Assembly: GCA_965206645.1 (NCBI GenBank)
Contig: CBDBKE010000004.1
Location: 1,184,001 to 1,248,000 of the forward strand
Length of the DNA stretch: 64,000 nucleotides
Source of the DNA: Terriglobia bacterium
GTDB lineage: Bacteria; Acidobacteriota; Terriglobia; JAJPHL01; JAPKYU01
Reading direction: 5' to 3'
Shown in pieces: positions 49,245 through 62,032 of this stretch (position 1 is the stretch's first letter; each line of letters opens with the position of its first letter). The position numbers and the translations under genes are program-made. The notes beneath the pieces were generated by a model that saw nothing but the letters and a program-made list of their open reading frames with translations, had not been told where the DNA came from and ran no database searches.

Positions 49245-50624
49245 TCAGTTCGGCATCAGTTTGGACAGCGCGTCCTCCAGTCTGACCCCGCGGGAGCCTT
49301 TGAACAACACCAGATCGCCAGGTTGAACCAGAGAAGCCACGTAGTCCCCAGCCTCGGCGGCCGATCCGAAGAAGGCCAGCCGGCCGCGGGCCAGGCCAGC
49401 GTCGGCAGCGCCTTCCACAAGGAAACGGGCATGGCCGCGGACGCCGACGACGTGGTCGGCGGCAGCCGCGGCCCGTCGACCGGCCTGCCGGTGCAGTTCG
49501 TCCGATGCCGGGCCCAGCTCCAGCATCTCACCCAGAACCGCGATGCGTCGCCCGCGCGCCGGCGCGCGGGCCAGTGTCTCCAGCATCAACTCCAGCGCCC
49601 GCGGGTTAGAGTTGTAGCAATCGTTGAGGATGACGACGCCGTTGACTTCCAACAAATCCCCGCGCATTTTCAGCGGCCGGAAAGCCATGAGTGCCGAAGC
49701 AGCGCGGTCGGGCGCGATGCCGAGGCTGTGCGCGGTGGCGACTGCGGCCAGCGAGTTCAACACCTGATGGCGCCCGAGCAGCGGCAGCGCCACCTCCAGC
49801 GGGTCACCGGCCCACTCCAGGCGGAAGCGAACACCGGGCCGACCGCCCTGGGTTGAGCCGGTGATGTCGCGGGCGCGAAAATCGGCTGTCTGCTCGATTC
49901 CAAACGAGATGGTCTGGCCTGCGAACTGCTGCCCAAACCGGGCGACCAACGGATCATCGGCGTTGAGCACCGCCGTCCCGTTGGCCGGAAGGGCGCAGAT
50001 GAGTTCCTGTTTGGCGCGGGCGATTTCTTCAATGTCGGAGAAAAACTCCAGGTGCACCTCGCTGACGCAGGTGACTACGCCCGTTTCCGGGCGGGCGATC
50101 TGCGCCAAGTGTGCAATTTCTCCGGCGTGCGACATCGCCAGCTCAAACACGCCCACCTGGTCGCTTTCTTTAAGGCACAGCAAGGAGAGTGGCAACCCAT
50201 ATTGGTTGTTCAGGTTGCCCTCACTTTTACGCACGCGGTAGCTGGTGGCCAGCGTGGCGGCGATCATCTCCTTGGTACTGGTCTTGCCAGCGCTGCCGGT
50301 GACAGCTACCACCGGCCGCCCCCACCTCCGGCGCGCTTCGGCGGCCAGGGTCTCGAGCGCCCGCTGCGTGCTCGGGACGCGCAGCACTCTGGCCGCATCC
50401 ACCGTTCCCCCTTGCAAGTCCCGTTCCACAACGGCAGCCGTGGCCCCCGCCTTGAGAATGGCCCCGACAAAATCGTGCCCGGCGTAGTGCGGGCCTCGGA
50501 GGGCAAAGAACAGTTCCCCGGCCTGGATGGTGCGGGAATCAATCGAATAGCCCCTCACCGTGGCCTCGGCCACCGGGCCGGGGACGGCCAGAATCTCAGC
50601 GATTTGGGCCAGAGTCAGGTTCAC
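49245..50624 (-). CDS. murF: UDP-N-acetylmuramoyl-tripeptide--D-Ala-D-Ala ligase
   Basis: IDSRT, GSAGKTSTKE, GNLNNQYG.P, NDCYNSNP, GEMLELG, KGSRG. Confidence 0.96.
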   Translation of the reverse strand: MNLTLAQIAEILAVPGPVAEATVRGYSIDSRTIQAGELFFALRGPHYAGHDFVGAILKAGATAAVVERDLQGGTVDAARVLRVPSTQRALETLAAEARRRWGRPVVAVTGSAGKTSTKEMIAATLATSYRVRKSEGNLNNQYGLPLSLLCLKESDQVGVFELAMSHAGEIAHLAQIARPETGVVTCVSEVHLEFFSDIEEIARAKQELICALPANGTAVLNADDPLVARFGQQFAGQTISFGIEQTADFRARDITGSTQGGRPGVRFRLEWAGDPLEVALPLLGRHQVLNSLAAVATAHSLGIAPDRAASALMAFRPLKMRGDLLEVNGVVILNDCYNSNPRALELMLETLARAPARGRRIAVLGEMLELGPASDELHRQAGRRAAAAADHVVGVRGHARFLVEGAADAGLARGRLAFFGSAAEAGDYVASLVQPGDLVLFKGSRGVRLEDALSKLMPN

Positions 50625-50783
50625 CGGGCTTCACCTGCGAAGAGAAAGGACCCGCAAGAGCTCCCCTCTAAGAAGTTTACAGGAAGAAGCTTCCCGGCAC
50701 CAACCTACGTGGGAACCGGGCAGTGGATCAGTTTGAGGCCACGGAGGGGAACTGCGTAGCGCGCGATAACACCTGGAAGTACG

Positions 50784-51494
50784 TCACCGTTCCACCCGGC
50801 CACGATTCCAGATGTCCTCGTAAGTTTGCAGTACAGCGCCAAAGGCATCTGTGATTTGCGTAAGGGTTGTTGGAGCCGTCTTCGCGCCGTCTTTGAACGA
50901 CGCACCTGACTGATAGCACGAAGCCCTATCTACAAAGATATAGCGATCGTGGAAGTCGGGTGCTGAACGAACTTCCACACTCGTGCCCGTCTGTCGAGCA
51001 AATGCATCCACGGCGGTCAACAGGCTAGGCAATTTCTCACGTGCAAGTAGGCGGATGATTACTCCAGCCGTAACGTGAGGGAAATACCGAGAAACAAACT
51101 CAGCATCGAGATACGGATCAACGAACAGAAGATCTTGCTTCGCAAGTTCGATAATCTTCCGAATCTCGTCAAAATAGTCAAAAATCATTCCACGCGGAAC
51201 TGCGACGTTGGTTGGACCTACCGTCCGCATTCGGAGGTCGTGTCGCGCTTGATGCAGCAGTGTCATCAGGTTTCGGAAACCCGCCGACCTATGAAAAGCC
51301 AACGGGTCGTGAAGCTGAGTAAGGGACTGATGCAACAACAAAATCTTAGGCTGGTTCCAAGCCTCAATAACCGCTGATACTCGGCCGAGCCAAGCGAGAT
51401 TTTCGTCGGTCTCATGACGAATTGTTGCTCTTGGCGGCATAGTCCGAAGCAGATCTTCGATCTCGGCTAGCAGTTGTTCCTTTGTCATTGGCAT
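50784..51494 (-). CDS. Hypothetical protein with C-terminal PLD-like (HDR-type) domain
   Basis: IIELAKQDLLFVDPY...FHDRYIFVD...YQSGASFKDGAK; AT-richer than flanks. Confidence 0.7.
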   Translation of the reverse strand: MPMTKEQLLAEIEDLLRTMPPRATIRHETDENLAWLGRVSAVIEAWNQPKILLLHQSLTQLHDPLAFHRSAGFRNLMTLLHQARHDLRMRTVGPTNVAVPRGMIFDYFDEIRKIIELAKQDLLFVDPYLDAEFVSRYFPHVTAGVIIRLLAREKLPSLLTAVDAFARQTGTSVEVRSAPDFHDRYIFVDRASCYQSGASFKDGAKTAPTTLTQITDAFGAVLQTYEDIWNRGRVER

Positions 51495-51595
51495 TGCGTG
51501 TACACCGGGAAGTACCGCCGCATCTAACTCTATGTTCATGTGATGCTGATAAGAACCCTTCCTGGTCGGCCTAACGGGAAGGGCGCTCAGCGCCA

Positions 51596-51777
51596 GCAGG
51601 TACCCCCCGAAGGGAGTCCTCGCGTCTATCCTCAAGAATCAGAGCGATGGCCTCGGCGAGGCTTGCTCGCGCTTTGTCCTTCGTACGGCCCTGACCATTT
51701 GCGCCGGGGATCTCCGGGCAGTAGGCGATATACCAATCGCCATCCCGTTCCAGGATCGCCGTAAACTCGTTTCGCAT
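51596..51777 (-). pseudogene. HicB-family antitoxin, 3'-truncated, no hicA partner
   Basis: MRNEFTAILERDGDWYIAYCPEIPGANGQGRTKDKARASLAEAIALIL; RBS GGAGG; runs into an attC-like arm. Confidence 0.75.
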
Positions 51778-51890
51778 CCCTAGCCTCCAATCCGGCTGCG
51801 GCTCCTATTTTACCCTAGCAGGTCCGGTTCACAGCTTCCGGAAAAGCCGCCGCGCACTGCGGGTCGCCCTATAATCTTCTGTTGAGGCAG

Positions 51891-53636
51891 ATGGAGAACA
51901 AGGAGATCGCGAGGCTGCTTGCGGAAACCGCCGACTTGATGGAAGTCGCCGGCGAGGACGGCTTCCGCGTGCGCAGCTACCGAAACGCCGCGCAGGCGGT
52001 GGAGACCTGGCCGGAGAGCATCGGTGAGATCGTCGGCCATCCGAACACCAAAGCAGGCGACCGGCAGTTGCTGGCTATTCCAGGCATCGGTAAGGGCATG
52101 GTAGCGCACCTTCGGGAAATCTGCGCCAACGGCGATCTCACCAGCCGCCGGGAACTGCTCGAGAAATTTCCGACCGGAGTACTGGAGTTGCTGCGCATCC
52201 AGGGCCTGGGACCTAAGAGCATCGCGCTGATCTGGAGCACCTACCGGGCGGCGACCCTGAACGAAGTCGAACAACTCTGCCGCGAAGGGAAAATCCGTGA
52301 GCTGCCGCGCATGGGCGAGAAGCTGGAACAGAAAATCCTGAAGGCCATCGAGGCATACCGACTCAGCGCTGGACGCTTCCTGGTGAATGTGGCCGAACAG
52401 GCAGCCGAGGAACTGTGCGGCTACCTGCGCCAGGGACCCGCAACGCAGCAGTTGCAGGTCACCCCGGCAGGCAGTCTACGCCGGGGGAAGGAAACCGTCG
52501 GTGATCTGGACGTGCTGGTCACCGGTGGGCAGCCAGAAGCGCAAATCGAATACCTGCTGAAGTATCAGAAGATCGTAGAAGTCGTGGCCAAGGGGGAGAA
52601 CACGGTCAGTGTGAAGCTGCGTCCGGCCATGCAGGTGAACGTCCGCTTCCTGGAACCAGCCAGCTATGGCGCGGCGATGCAGTATTTCACCGGCTCCAAA
52701 GAACATAACGTGGCGCTGCGCAACCGCGCCATCAAGCTGGGCCTTAAGCTGAGCGAATATGGCCTGTTCCAAGCGCGTGACGAAAAGAAGGTGGCAGGCG
52801 CCGACGAGGAGGAAATCTATCGCTTGCTCGGCCTGGACTACATCCCGCCGGAGCTGCGCGAGAACTGGGGCGAGCTGGAGGCGGCGTCTGAGCGCCGCCT
52901 GCCCCGGCTGCTGGAACCGGCCGACATCCGGGGCGACCTGCATATGCACACTACCGCCACCGATGGCCGCGCTTCCATTCGCGAGATGGCCGAGGCGGCC
53001 CGCGCCCGCGGCTACAGCTACATCGCCATCACCGACCACTCGAAAGCGCTGGCCATGACCAATGGCCTGGACGAACAGCGTGCTCAGGACCAGATCGAGG
53101 AAATTCGCAAGGCAGACGAGCAGGCGGAGGGCATCCGCATCCTGGCCGGCATCGAGGTCGACATTCACCGCGACGGACGGCTAGACCTGGACGATGAGGT
53201 GCTGGCCCAACTCGACATCGTGGTGGCCAGCGTGCATTCCTACATGAACCTGGAGCCGCCCGCGATGACCGAGCGGCTGCTGCGCGCCTTCGAAAATCCC
53301 TACTTGAACGTGCTGGCCCATCCCACCGGGCGGCAGTTGCTCCACCGCAAGCCGTTTGCGTTCGACCTGGAGCGCGTGCTGGAGGAAGCCGCCCGCCGCA
53401 ACATCCACCTGGAAATCAACTCCTCGCCTGAGCGGCTCGACCTGAACGAGCGCCACGCACGCATGGCCAAGGAGCGAGGCGTCAAAATCGTCATCTCCAC
53501 CGATGCCCATCACCCCAAGCATCTGGATAACATCAAATACGGCGTCAAGGTGGCTCGGCGTGCGCGGCTGGAGCCCGCCAACGTGCTCAACACCCTGGGC
53601 CCGGAGCAGTTCCTGCGTGCCCTGGCTCGCAAATGA
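51891..53636 (+). CDS. polX: DNA polymerase X / PHP 3'-5' exonuclease
   Basis: HhH motifs IPGIGK and [33 protein letters not shown] motifs DLHMHT, TDHS, AHPTGR, TDAH. Confidence 0.95.
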   Translation: MENKEIARLLAETADLMEVAGEDGFRVRSYRNAAQAVETWPESIGEIVGHPNTKAGDRQLLAIPGIGKGMVAHLREICANGDLTSRRELLEKFPTGVLELLRIQGLGPKSIALIWSTYRAATLNEVEQLCREGKIRELPRMGEKLEQKILKAIEAYRLSAGRFLVNVAEQAAEELCGYLRQGPATQQLQVTPAGSLRRGKETVGDLDVLVTGGQPEAQIEYLLKYQKIVEVVAKGENTVSVKLRPAMQVNVRFLEPASYGAAMQYFTGSKEHNVALRNRAIKLGLKLSEYGLFQARDEKKVAGADEEEIYRLLGLDYIPPELRENWGELEAASERRLPRLLEPADIRGDLHMHTTATDGRASIREMAEAARARGYSYIAITDHSKALAMTNGLDEQRAQDQIEEIRKADEQAEGIRILAGIEVDIHRDGRLDLDDEVLAQLDIVVASVHSYMNLEPPAMTERLLRAFENPYLNVLAHPTGRQLLHRKPFAFDLERVLEEAARRNIHLEINSSPERLDLNERHARMAKERGVKIVISTDAHHPKHLDNIKYGVKVARRARLEPANVLNTLGPEQFLRALARK

Positions 53637-53839
53637 TTTCTGATTGGTGCTGCCGTGTAGGAACTGGCCTGTCCGCGTAGGCAGGCGGGGCGCCAGTAGT
53701 AGGACCGCTAGTGTATCGTTGCGGTCGATGTGAAGTTATTTGGGGCAAGCACATCTGCTTGCCCCAACCCCCAGCAGTAAGCCCGAATCTCCTTGGCGGA
53801 CTTTTTCTCCTCGGCGTGCGGTCGTTTTCCGACGCCGTC

Positions 53840-55048
53840 TTAGCCCGCCAGCTGGCCGATCAGCTTGAACATAGGCATGTAGAGCGCGACCACCACGCCA
53901 CCGACGGTGCCGCCGAGCAAGGCAATGATGACCGGTTCCAGCAACGTGAGCATATCTGCGACGGCCGCATCCACTTCGTCCTCGTAAAAGTCGGCGATCT
54001 TTTGCAGCATGGCGTCCATGGCGCCGGTTTGCTCGCCGACGCCGATCATCTGCGTCACCATGTTGGGGAAGATCTCGCTTTCCCGGAGCGGGCCGGTGAT
54101 GTTGCGGCCTTCTTCCACGGCCTTGCGCACCCCGAGGATGGCCTTCTCGATCACTGCATTCCCGGACGTGCTGGCGGTGATGGTCAACGATTCCAGTAGC
54201 GGAACGCCGCTGGTGATCAGGGTGCCCAGCGTGCGGGTAAAGCGAGCCACGGCGATCTTGCGGAGCAGCATGCCGAAAATGGGCAACTTCAGCAGGATGC
54301 TGTCAATCGCGAAGCGGCCGCCGGGGGTGCCGTACACCTGCTTCATGGCAAAGAAGCCGCCCACACCCAGGACCACGAATACCCAGCCAAAAGTGGCGAG
54401 GAAGTTGCTCATGCCCACAACGATTTTGGTCGGCAGCGGCAGCTCCACATTCATCGCGGCAAACATGTTGGCGGAAATGGGCACCACAAAGATCATCAGT
54501 GCGCCCACGACGATGATGGCGATGGCGATCACGGCCACCGGGTAAATGAGGGCCGACTTGACCGCGGACTTCAGCTTGACCTCTTTCTCGACGTAACCGG
54601 CAATCCGCTGCAAGATGGTGTCCAGGATACCGCCGGTTTCTCCGGCATCAATCATATTGACGTGAAGCTCGCTAAAGATTTTCGGGAACTGGCGCATGGC
54701 GTTGGCCAGAGTCGAGCCTCCCTCCACAGTTGCGCGTATCTGCTCAAGTGCACTCTTGAAAGCCTTGTTGTCCTGGTTCGCGCCCAGAATCTCCAGGCAC
54801 TGGACCAGGGGCAGGCCGGCATCAATCATCACCGAGAACTGGCGGAAAAAAATGGCCAGCTCCTTGGCCCCGACCCCGCCCTTAGCCACCTTGGGCACGG
54901 CAAATTCCTTGCCCTTTTCCTTGATGGCGGTCGGCGTGATCTGCTCCCTGCGGAGTAATGCCGCCAACTGGGTCTTGTTCGCGGCATTCCGTTGGCCACT
55001 GACAGCGGCACCCGTACGCGACTTCCCGGTGTACTGATAGACAGGCAT
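53840..55048 (-). CDS. pilC: Type IV pilus platform protein PilC (T2SS F family)
   Basis: FFRQFSVMIDAGLPL, AGETGGILD, KSALIYP, GEQTGAMDAML.KIADFYEDEVD. Confidence 0.93.
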   Translation of the reverse strand: MPVYQYTGKSRTGAAVSGQRNAANKTQLAALLRREQITPTAIKEKGKEFAVPKVAKGGVGAKELAIFFRQFSVMIDAGLPLVQCLEILGANQDNKAFKSALEQIRATVEGGSTLANAMRQFPKIFSELHVNMIDAGETGGILDTILQRIAGYVEKEVKLKSAVKSALIYPVAVIAIAIIVVGALMIFVVPISANMFAAMNVELPLPTKIVVGMSNFLATFGWVFVVLGVGGFFAMKQVYGTPGGRFAIDSILLKLPIFGMLLRKIAVARFTRTLGTLITSGVPLLESLTITASTSGNAVIEKAILGVRKAVEEGRNITGPLRESEIFPNMVTQMIGVGEQTGAMDAMLQKIADFYEDEVDAAVADMLTLLEPVIIALLGGTVGGVVVALYMPMFKLIGQLAG

Positions 55049-55150
55049 CGTCAACCCCTCCCCACCCGCTGCCCAGGTCCGTCTGCTCCCGCGATGCGGG
55101 ACCGGGCTGTTAGCAGGCAGAATTCTCTCTGTTGAACCTCCCGACTTCCC

Positions 55151-56278
55151 CTACCTCCTCAAGCCGGCTGCCGGGCCCTTCGCACCTGCTGCACCCGGCG
55201 TACCAGCTGCCGAACCGCGGTTGATCATTTCCTGCAGCTCAGCCGCGTTGCTGGAGCGCGCCATTGCCTGGTCCAGCGCGATTGCGCGTTTGAAATAAAG
55301 ACTGGCCAGGGACTGGTTGAAGGTCTGCATTCCGCTCTTCTCCTGACCAACCTGCATGGCGCCATATATCTGGTGAATCTTGTCCTCACGGATCAGGTTG
55401 CGGATGGCGCTGTTGGGGACCATGATTTCCATGGCCATGGCGCGCCCCCCCCGTCGGTGCGCGGCAGCAGCGTCTGGCAGAGAACGCCTTCCAGCACTAG
55501 GGAAAGCTGCGCTCGGATTTGCGGCTGCTGGTGCGCCGGGAATACGTCAATGACGCGGTTGATCGTCGAGGAGGCCGAGTTGGTATGAAGCGTCCCGAAG
55601 GTCAGGTGGCCGGTTTCGGCGATGCGCAGCGCCGATTCCACGGTTTCCAGGTCGCGCATCTCGCCGATCAGCACTACGTCGGGGTCTTCGCGTAACGCGG
55701 CGCGCAGCGCATTGGTAAAACTCTGCGTGTCGCTGCCCACCTCCCGCTGGTTGACCAGGCAGTTCTTGTGCTGGTGCACGAACTCAATGGGGTCCTCAAT
55801 GGTAATGATGTGCTCGTGCCGCGCGGTGTTGACCTTGTCCAGCATTGCCGCCAGCGTGGTGGACTTGCCACTCCCTGTCGGGCCGGTCACCAGGATCAGC
55901 CCGCGCGGCTTCTCGCAAAGTTTGGCCACGACCGCCGGCAATTGCAGTTTGTCGAAGCCCAAGATCTCAAAGGGAATCACCCGGAAGACCGCACAGACCG
56001 CGCCCCGCTGGTTAAACAGATTCCCCCGGAAGCGGGCCAGACCTTTGATGCCGAAGGAGAAGTCCAACTCCATGCGCTCTTCAAAGCGGTGCTTTTGGGC
56101 GTCCGTTAGGACGCTGTAGGCCAACTGCTTGGTTTCGGCCGGGGTCAACGGTGGAAGGTCCAACGGGTTTAGATGCCCGTGCACGCGCACCTGGGGCGGA
56201 CTCTGCGTAGTGACATGCAGGTCGCTCCCCGACATCTCCAGCATTTTTTTTCAAAAGGTCGCTCAGTGAGGCTGGCAT
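55151..56278 (-). pseudogene. pilT: Twitching motility ATPase PilT with two frameshifts in homopolymer runs
   Basis: SDLH, GPTGSGKSTT, TIEDPIE, LREDPD, AETGH..TLHT, AIRNLIRE; breaks at the T8 run 56244-56251 and the C8 run 55445-55452. Confidence 0.9.
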
Positions 56279-56321
56279 TCCTCCCCCTTCCCTGCTCCGA
56301 TCCTAGGAAACCCGTTCCTGC

Positions 56322-58032
56322 TCACAGAACCGTTTCCTTCACCACTTCCTCGATGGTCGTCACTCCGTCCATCACTTTGCGCAGGCCGCTGCGGCGCAGC
56401 GAAATCATGCCTTGCTCGATCGCCTTCCGCTTGATTTCCAGAGCCGAAGCGCCCACCAGGACCAGCTCGCGGAGGTCGTCAGTGATCTCCAGCACCTCGT
56501 ACAGCCCTACGCGTCCCTTCATGCCGCGGCTGTTGCATTGATCGCAGCCAGGGCCCTTGTTGTAAACCTTAACCGTCTTTGTCTCTTCCTGCGTAAACCC
56601 GAAATCCAGCATGGCCTGGGCAGGCAGCTCCTCCAGCACCTTGCAGCCCTTGCATAGACGGCGGATGAGGCGCTGTGCAACGATCAGATGCACCGAGGTA
56701 GCCACCAGGAACGGCTCGATGCCCATATTCATCAGGCGGCTGATGGTGGAGGGATCGTCGTTGGTGTGCAGCGTGGAGAGGACCATGTGGCCGGTGAGGG
56801 CCGCTTTGATAGCGATTTCCGCCGTCTCGAAATCGCGGATCTCGCCCACCAGGATGATGTTCGGGTCCTGCCGCAGGAAGCTGCGCAGGGCGGCCGCGAA
56901 GTTCAGACCAATCTGTTCTCTCATCTGCACCTGGTTGATGCCCGGGAGCTGGAACTCCACCGGGTCTTCCGCGGGCACGATGTTGGTGTCCGGCTGGTTC
57001 AGGCGCGCGATGGAGGAATACAGCGTGTTGGTCTTCCCGCTGCCGGTCGGGCCGGTCACCAAGACCATCCCGTAGGGCTTCAGGATAGCCTTCTCGAATT
57101 TGACCAGCGACTCTTGCTCGAACCCGAGCTTGGTCATATCCAGCATCAGGTTCTCCTTGTCCAGCAGCCGCATCACGACCTTCTCGCCGAACAGGGTGGG
57201 CAGAACACTAACCCGGTAGTCGAGCTGCTTCTTCTTGCCGTCGAAAGCCATGCGCAACATGATGCGCCCGTCCTGGGGCAGCCGCTTTTCGGCGATATCC
57301 AGCTTGGACATGATCTTGATGCGGGAGGTGATGGCGTCGCGCAGCTTCAGCGGAGGGCTCATGATGGTCATCAGGGTCCCGTCAATGCGGAACCGGACGC
57401 GGTATTCCTTTTCATACGGCTCCATGTGGATGTCGCTGGCGCCTTTCTTCACCGCTTCGGTCAGGATCACGTTGACCAGCTTGACGACCGGCGCCTCGTC
57501 GGCCGACTTCTCCAACTGGTCCATCGAGAGCTGTTCCTCTTCGGCCTCCATCTCCAGAGCGGTGTCGTCTTCGAATCCCTCAGTGATTTTCTTCAGCTGG
57601 TCTTCCGCACTGCCGTAAAACTTTTTCAGTGCTTCCTGGATGGCCGCCTCCGAGGCCACCACCGGCTCGATGTTGAAGCCGGTCATGAACTTGATGTCGT
57701 CCATGGCGAACACGTTGGTGGGATCCACCATGGCGATGGTCAGCGACGAGGCCACCCGGCTCAGAGGCAGCACCTCGTACCGGCGCGCCGTTTCCTCCGG
57801 GACCAACTTGATGACCGAAGGGTCCACCTCGAAGCAGGTAAGGTTGATGGAAGGAACGCCGTACTGCCGGGACAGGAAGGTGGTGATGTCCTCGTCCGAC
57901 GCGAAGCCGAGTTTCACCAGGCAAGCTCCCCAGCCGCCCCTTGGTCTTCTTCTGCTCTTCCAGAGCGAGAGCCAACTTTTCCTGCGAAAGAATTCCTTCT
58001 TTTACTAGGAGATCACCGATACGTGCTGACAT
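56322..58032 (-). pseudogene. pilB: Type IV-A pilus assembly ATPase PilB, frameshift near 57922
   Basis: MSARIGDLLV..GRLGS is out of frame with KLGF..; ASDIH.EP, DIAEKRLPQDG, GPTGSGKT, LRQDP, GEIRD. Confidence 0.9.
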
Positions 58033-58364
58033 TTTAGGACTTCCGCCTGCCTGTTGATCCTGCCGGTTTACAGGGGCGCCCGATTGACCCCAACTTTTTC
58101 AGCGCGGCCCCTTGAGCTAATGCATAGCCTGGCAGGGCCCCCGCCAACAATCTAAAGCACCCACATTCTAGAACAAAAAACGCCTCTGTCCTCAGGCAAA
58201 CCCATAGGCCCGGCATTGCCTAAAAAGCATACAAATTAACAGCGTCGGTCAATAGCCCTTTCCTGCCCCGGCCCCCTGTCCTGCGGTCGGGGTACGGAGC
58301 AACCTGAAGCGGTCGCGGGCTCGCCACCTGTGACCACAGTTGTAGTATTCTAGCCTCTATCGCT

Positions 58365-60572
58365 ATGGGCACGCAGAACCGACGGAAGAGGTTCCTTATC
58401 ACTGTGGGTTCGGTGGTGGCCATCCTGGCGGCCTTCATCTTCGGGCTGGTCTCGCTGAACATTCCCTTTGATTTTGTCCGCCCCGCCGACAGCCAGACGG
58501 CCATCTTTCTGTTTGTGCTCTCGATGCTGGTCTCGCTGGCGTTCGTGGTCTTCGGCTTCATCCTGGTCCGCAGCATCGTGAAGTTGTACATCGAGCGCCG
58601 GGCAGGTGTTCTCGGCTCCAAGTTCAAGTTCAAGCTGGTCGCCGGGGCGCTGGCGCTGTCGCTTCTCCCGGTGGTGTTTCTATTCTACTCCTCCTATGTC
58701 TTGATGAACCGCACCGTGGACAAGTGGTTCAGGCAGCCTTTTGAGAAGGTCGCTCGGGATACGGGAGAAATTATCTCGCAGTTCTCCGAGTATGCTTCGC
58801 GAAAAACCATCGCGGACGCGCGCAGCACCGCCGCAGCGCTGTCGGTGGCTTCAGCCGCGACAGAACGCCCCCCGGCCAGCGAGCGCGCGTTGGCCGAGGC
58901 AGCTCGCCTACATGGAGTGGACTACTTGGTCTGGATCACCCCGGAAGGCCGACTGGGAGCGCGCTTCCCCGCCGCCGGACCAGATCTGTTGCCCCTTGTG
59001 GGGCCTGTTAGCCGCTCGGGCGCGGGGTCTTTCAGTCGGCTGGCGGATGTCGAGGGGACCAAATTGGCCGTCGCCGTTGTGCCGATGGAACCCGGGGAGG
59101 GCTGGCTGATCGCTGCAAACCGCCTGCCCGACACGGTTTCCCAGAAGCTGGAGGAAATGGAGCGGGAGTTCAGGATTTACCAGAGGCTCCATCCGGAGTT
59201 TAAAGACCTGCGCAAAGTCTATATCTACATCCTGGCGCTGGTGACCGTGATCATCCTATTCATCACCACGTGGGGAGCGCTGTTCCTGTCCAAGCAGGTA
59301 ACTGTCCCCATCCAAAGCCTTGCCGAGGCCACTCAGGAATTGTCCCTGGGCCACCTGGATCACCGTGTCCAAACCGAGGCTGTCGACGAGCTGGCTGTGC
59401 TGGTGGAATCGTTCAACCAGATGACGGGGCAGTTGGAGGCCAACCGACGGCAGTTGGAGGCTTCGCGTTCGGAACAGGAACGTGCCAATGCAGAACTGGA
59501 TCAACGCCGCCGCTCGACCGAGACCATCCTGGAAAGCATTCCTACGGGGGTCGTTTCCCTGTCTCCCAGGCGAGAGGTGCTGAAGATCAACCCCGCGGTG
59601 GAAAGGCTGCTGGGGTCCGCACATGCGCGGGCCGCGCGCCAGTTGGGAGACTTGTTCCCCACCGAGCCGCTGCGCGAACTGGAACACCTCTTGAAGCGCT
59701 CGGATCGGCTGGGGAATGCTACCAGCCAGTTCGAGCTGGCTACGGCCAATGGTACACGGAACGTGGCTATTACTGCCTCAGCGCTGCAGCACCCTTCTTC
59801 CCACCCCCGAGGCCGCGAGCAGAACCTCGGCTACATCCTGGTTCTCGAGGACATGAGCGACCTGTTGCACGCCCAGCAGGCCGCGGCTTGGCGCGAGGTG
59901 GCCCGGCGCATCGCTCACGAGATCAAGAACCCGCTGACGCCCATCGCGCTGTCGGCCGAGCGCATCCGGCGGCACGTGGAACGTGCCCAGAACGGGCCGT
60001 CCTGGGGCGAGCGCGGCGAGGAGACCCTGCGAGTCCTGAGCGAATGTTCGGGATTGATCGACCGGGAAGTGGCCACGCTGAAGAGCCTGGTGGACGAGTT
60101 CGCGCAGTTGGCCCGTTTCCCCGCTGTTCGGCTGGTTCCTTCGGACCTGAACGCGGTGGTCGAGAACGCCATTGTGGTGTTTGATGGACGGCTGGACGGA
60201 ATCCGTGTGAAACTCGACCTCTGCCCTGATCTGCCGCCGGTAGATCTGGATCCGGATCAGTTCAAGCGGGTCATCATTAACCTGGTGGACAACGCCGCCG
60301 AGGCAATGGAAGACTCCCTAGTGCGCGAATTGCGGATCTCTACGGCAGACCTGCGCGGGGAAGCCGTAGAGGTCACTCTTGCCGACACCGGCCACGGGGT
60401 CGGTCCCGAACTGAAGGAGAAACTGTTCCTCCCCTATTTCTCTACCAAAGAGCGGGGCACGGGACTGGGGCTGGCCATCGTCAACCGGATCATTACCGAT
60501 CACAATGGCTCCATCCGCGTGGAAGAAAATCGGCCGGTTGGCAGCCGCTTTATAATTGAACTGCCCGTGTAA
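58365..60572 (+). CDS. NtrY-like sensor histidine kinase (TM, HAMP, PAS, HisKA, HATPase)
   Basis: AAWREVARRIAHEIKNPLTPI, NLVDNA, DTGHG, YFSTK..GTGLGL. Confidence 0.92.
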   Translation: MGTQNRRKRFLITVGSVVAILAAFIFGLVSLNIPFDFVRPADSQTAIFLFVLSMLVSLAFVVFGFILVRSIVKLYIERRAGVLGSKFKFKLVAGALALSLLPVVFLFYSSYVLMNRTVDKWFRQPFEKVARDTGEIISQFSEYASRKTIADARSTAAALSVASAATERPPASERALAEAARLHGVDYLVWITPEGRLGARFPAAGPDLLPLVGPVSRSGAGSFSRLADVEGTKLAVAVVPMEPGEGWLIAANRLPDTVSQKLEEMEREFRIYQRLHPEFKDLRKVYIYILALVTVIILFITTWGALFLSKQVTVPIQSLAEATQELSLGHLDHRVQTEAVDELAVLVESFNQMTGQLEANRRQLEASRSEQERANAELDQRRRSTETILESIPTGVVSLSPRREVLKINPAVERLLGSAHARAARQLGDLFPTEPLRELEHLLKRSDRLGNATSQFELATANGTRNVAITASALQHPSSHPRGREQNLGYILVLEDMSDLLHAQQAAAWREVARRIAHEIKNPLTPIALSAERIRRHVERAQNGPSWGERGEETLRVLSECSGLIDREVATLKSLVDEFAQLARFPAVRLVPSDLNAVVENAIVVFDGRLDGIRVKLDLCPDLPPVDLDPDQFKRVIINLVDNAAEAMEDSLVRELRISTADLRGEAVEVTLADTGHGVGPELKEKLFLPYFSTKERGTGLGLAIVNRIITDHNGSIRVEENRPVGSRFIIELPV

Positions 60573-60616
60573 GGTTGCTCGGTGACCTGCCAGGCAGACC
60601 CGTAGAATCAGCTCCT

Positions 60617-62015
<1,399 letters not shown>

Positions 62016-62032
<17 letters not shown>

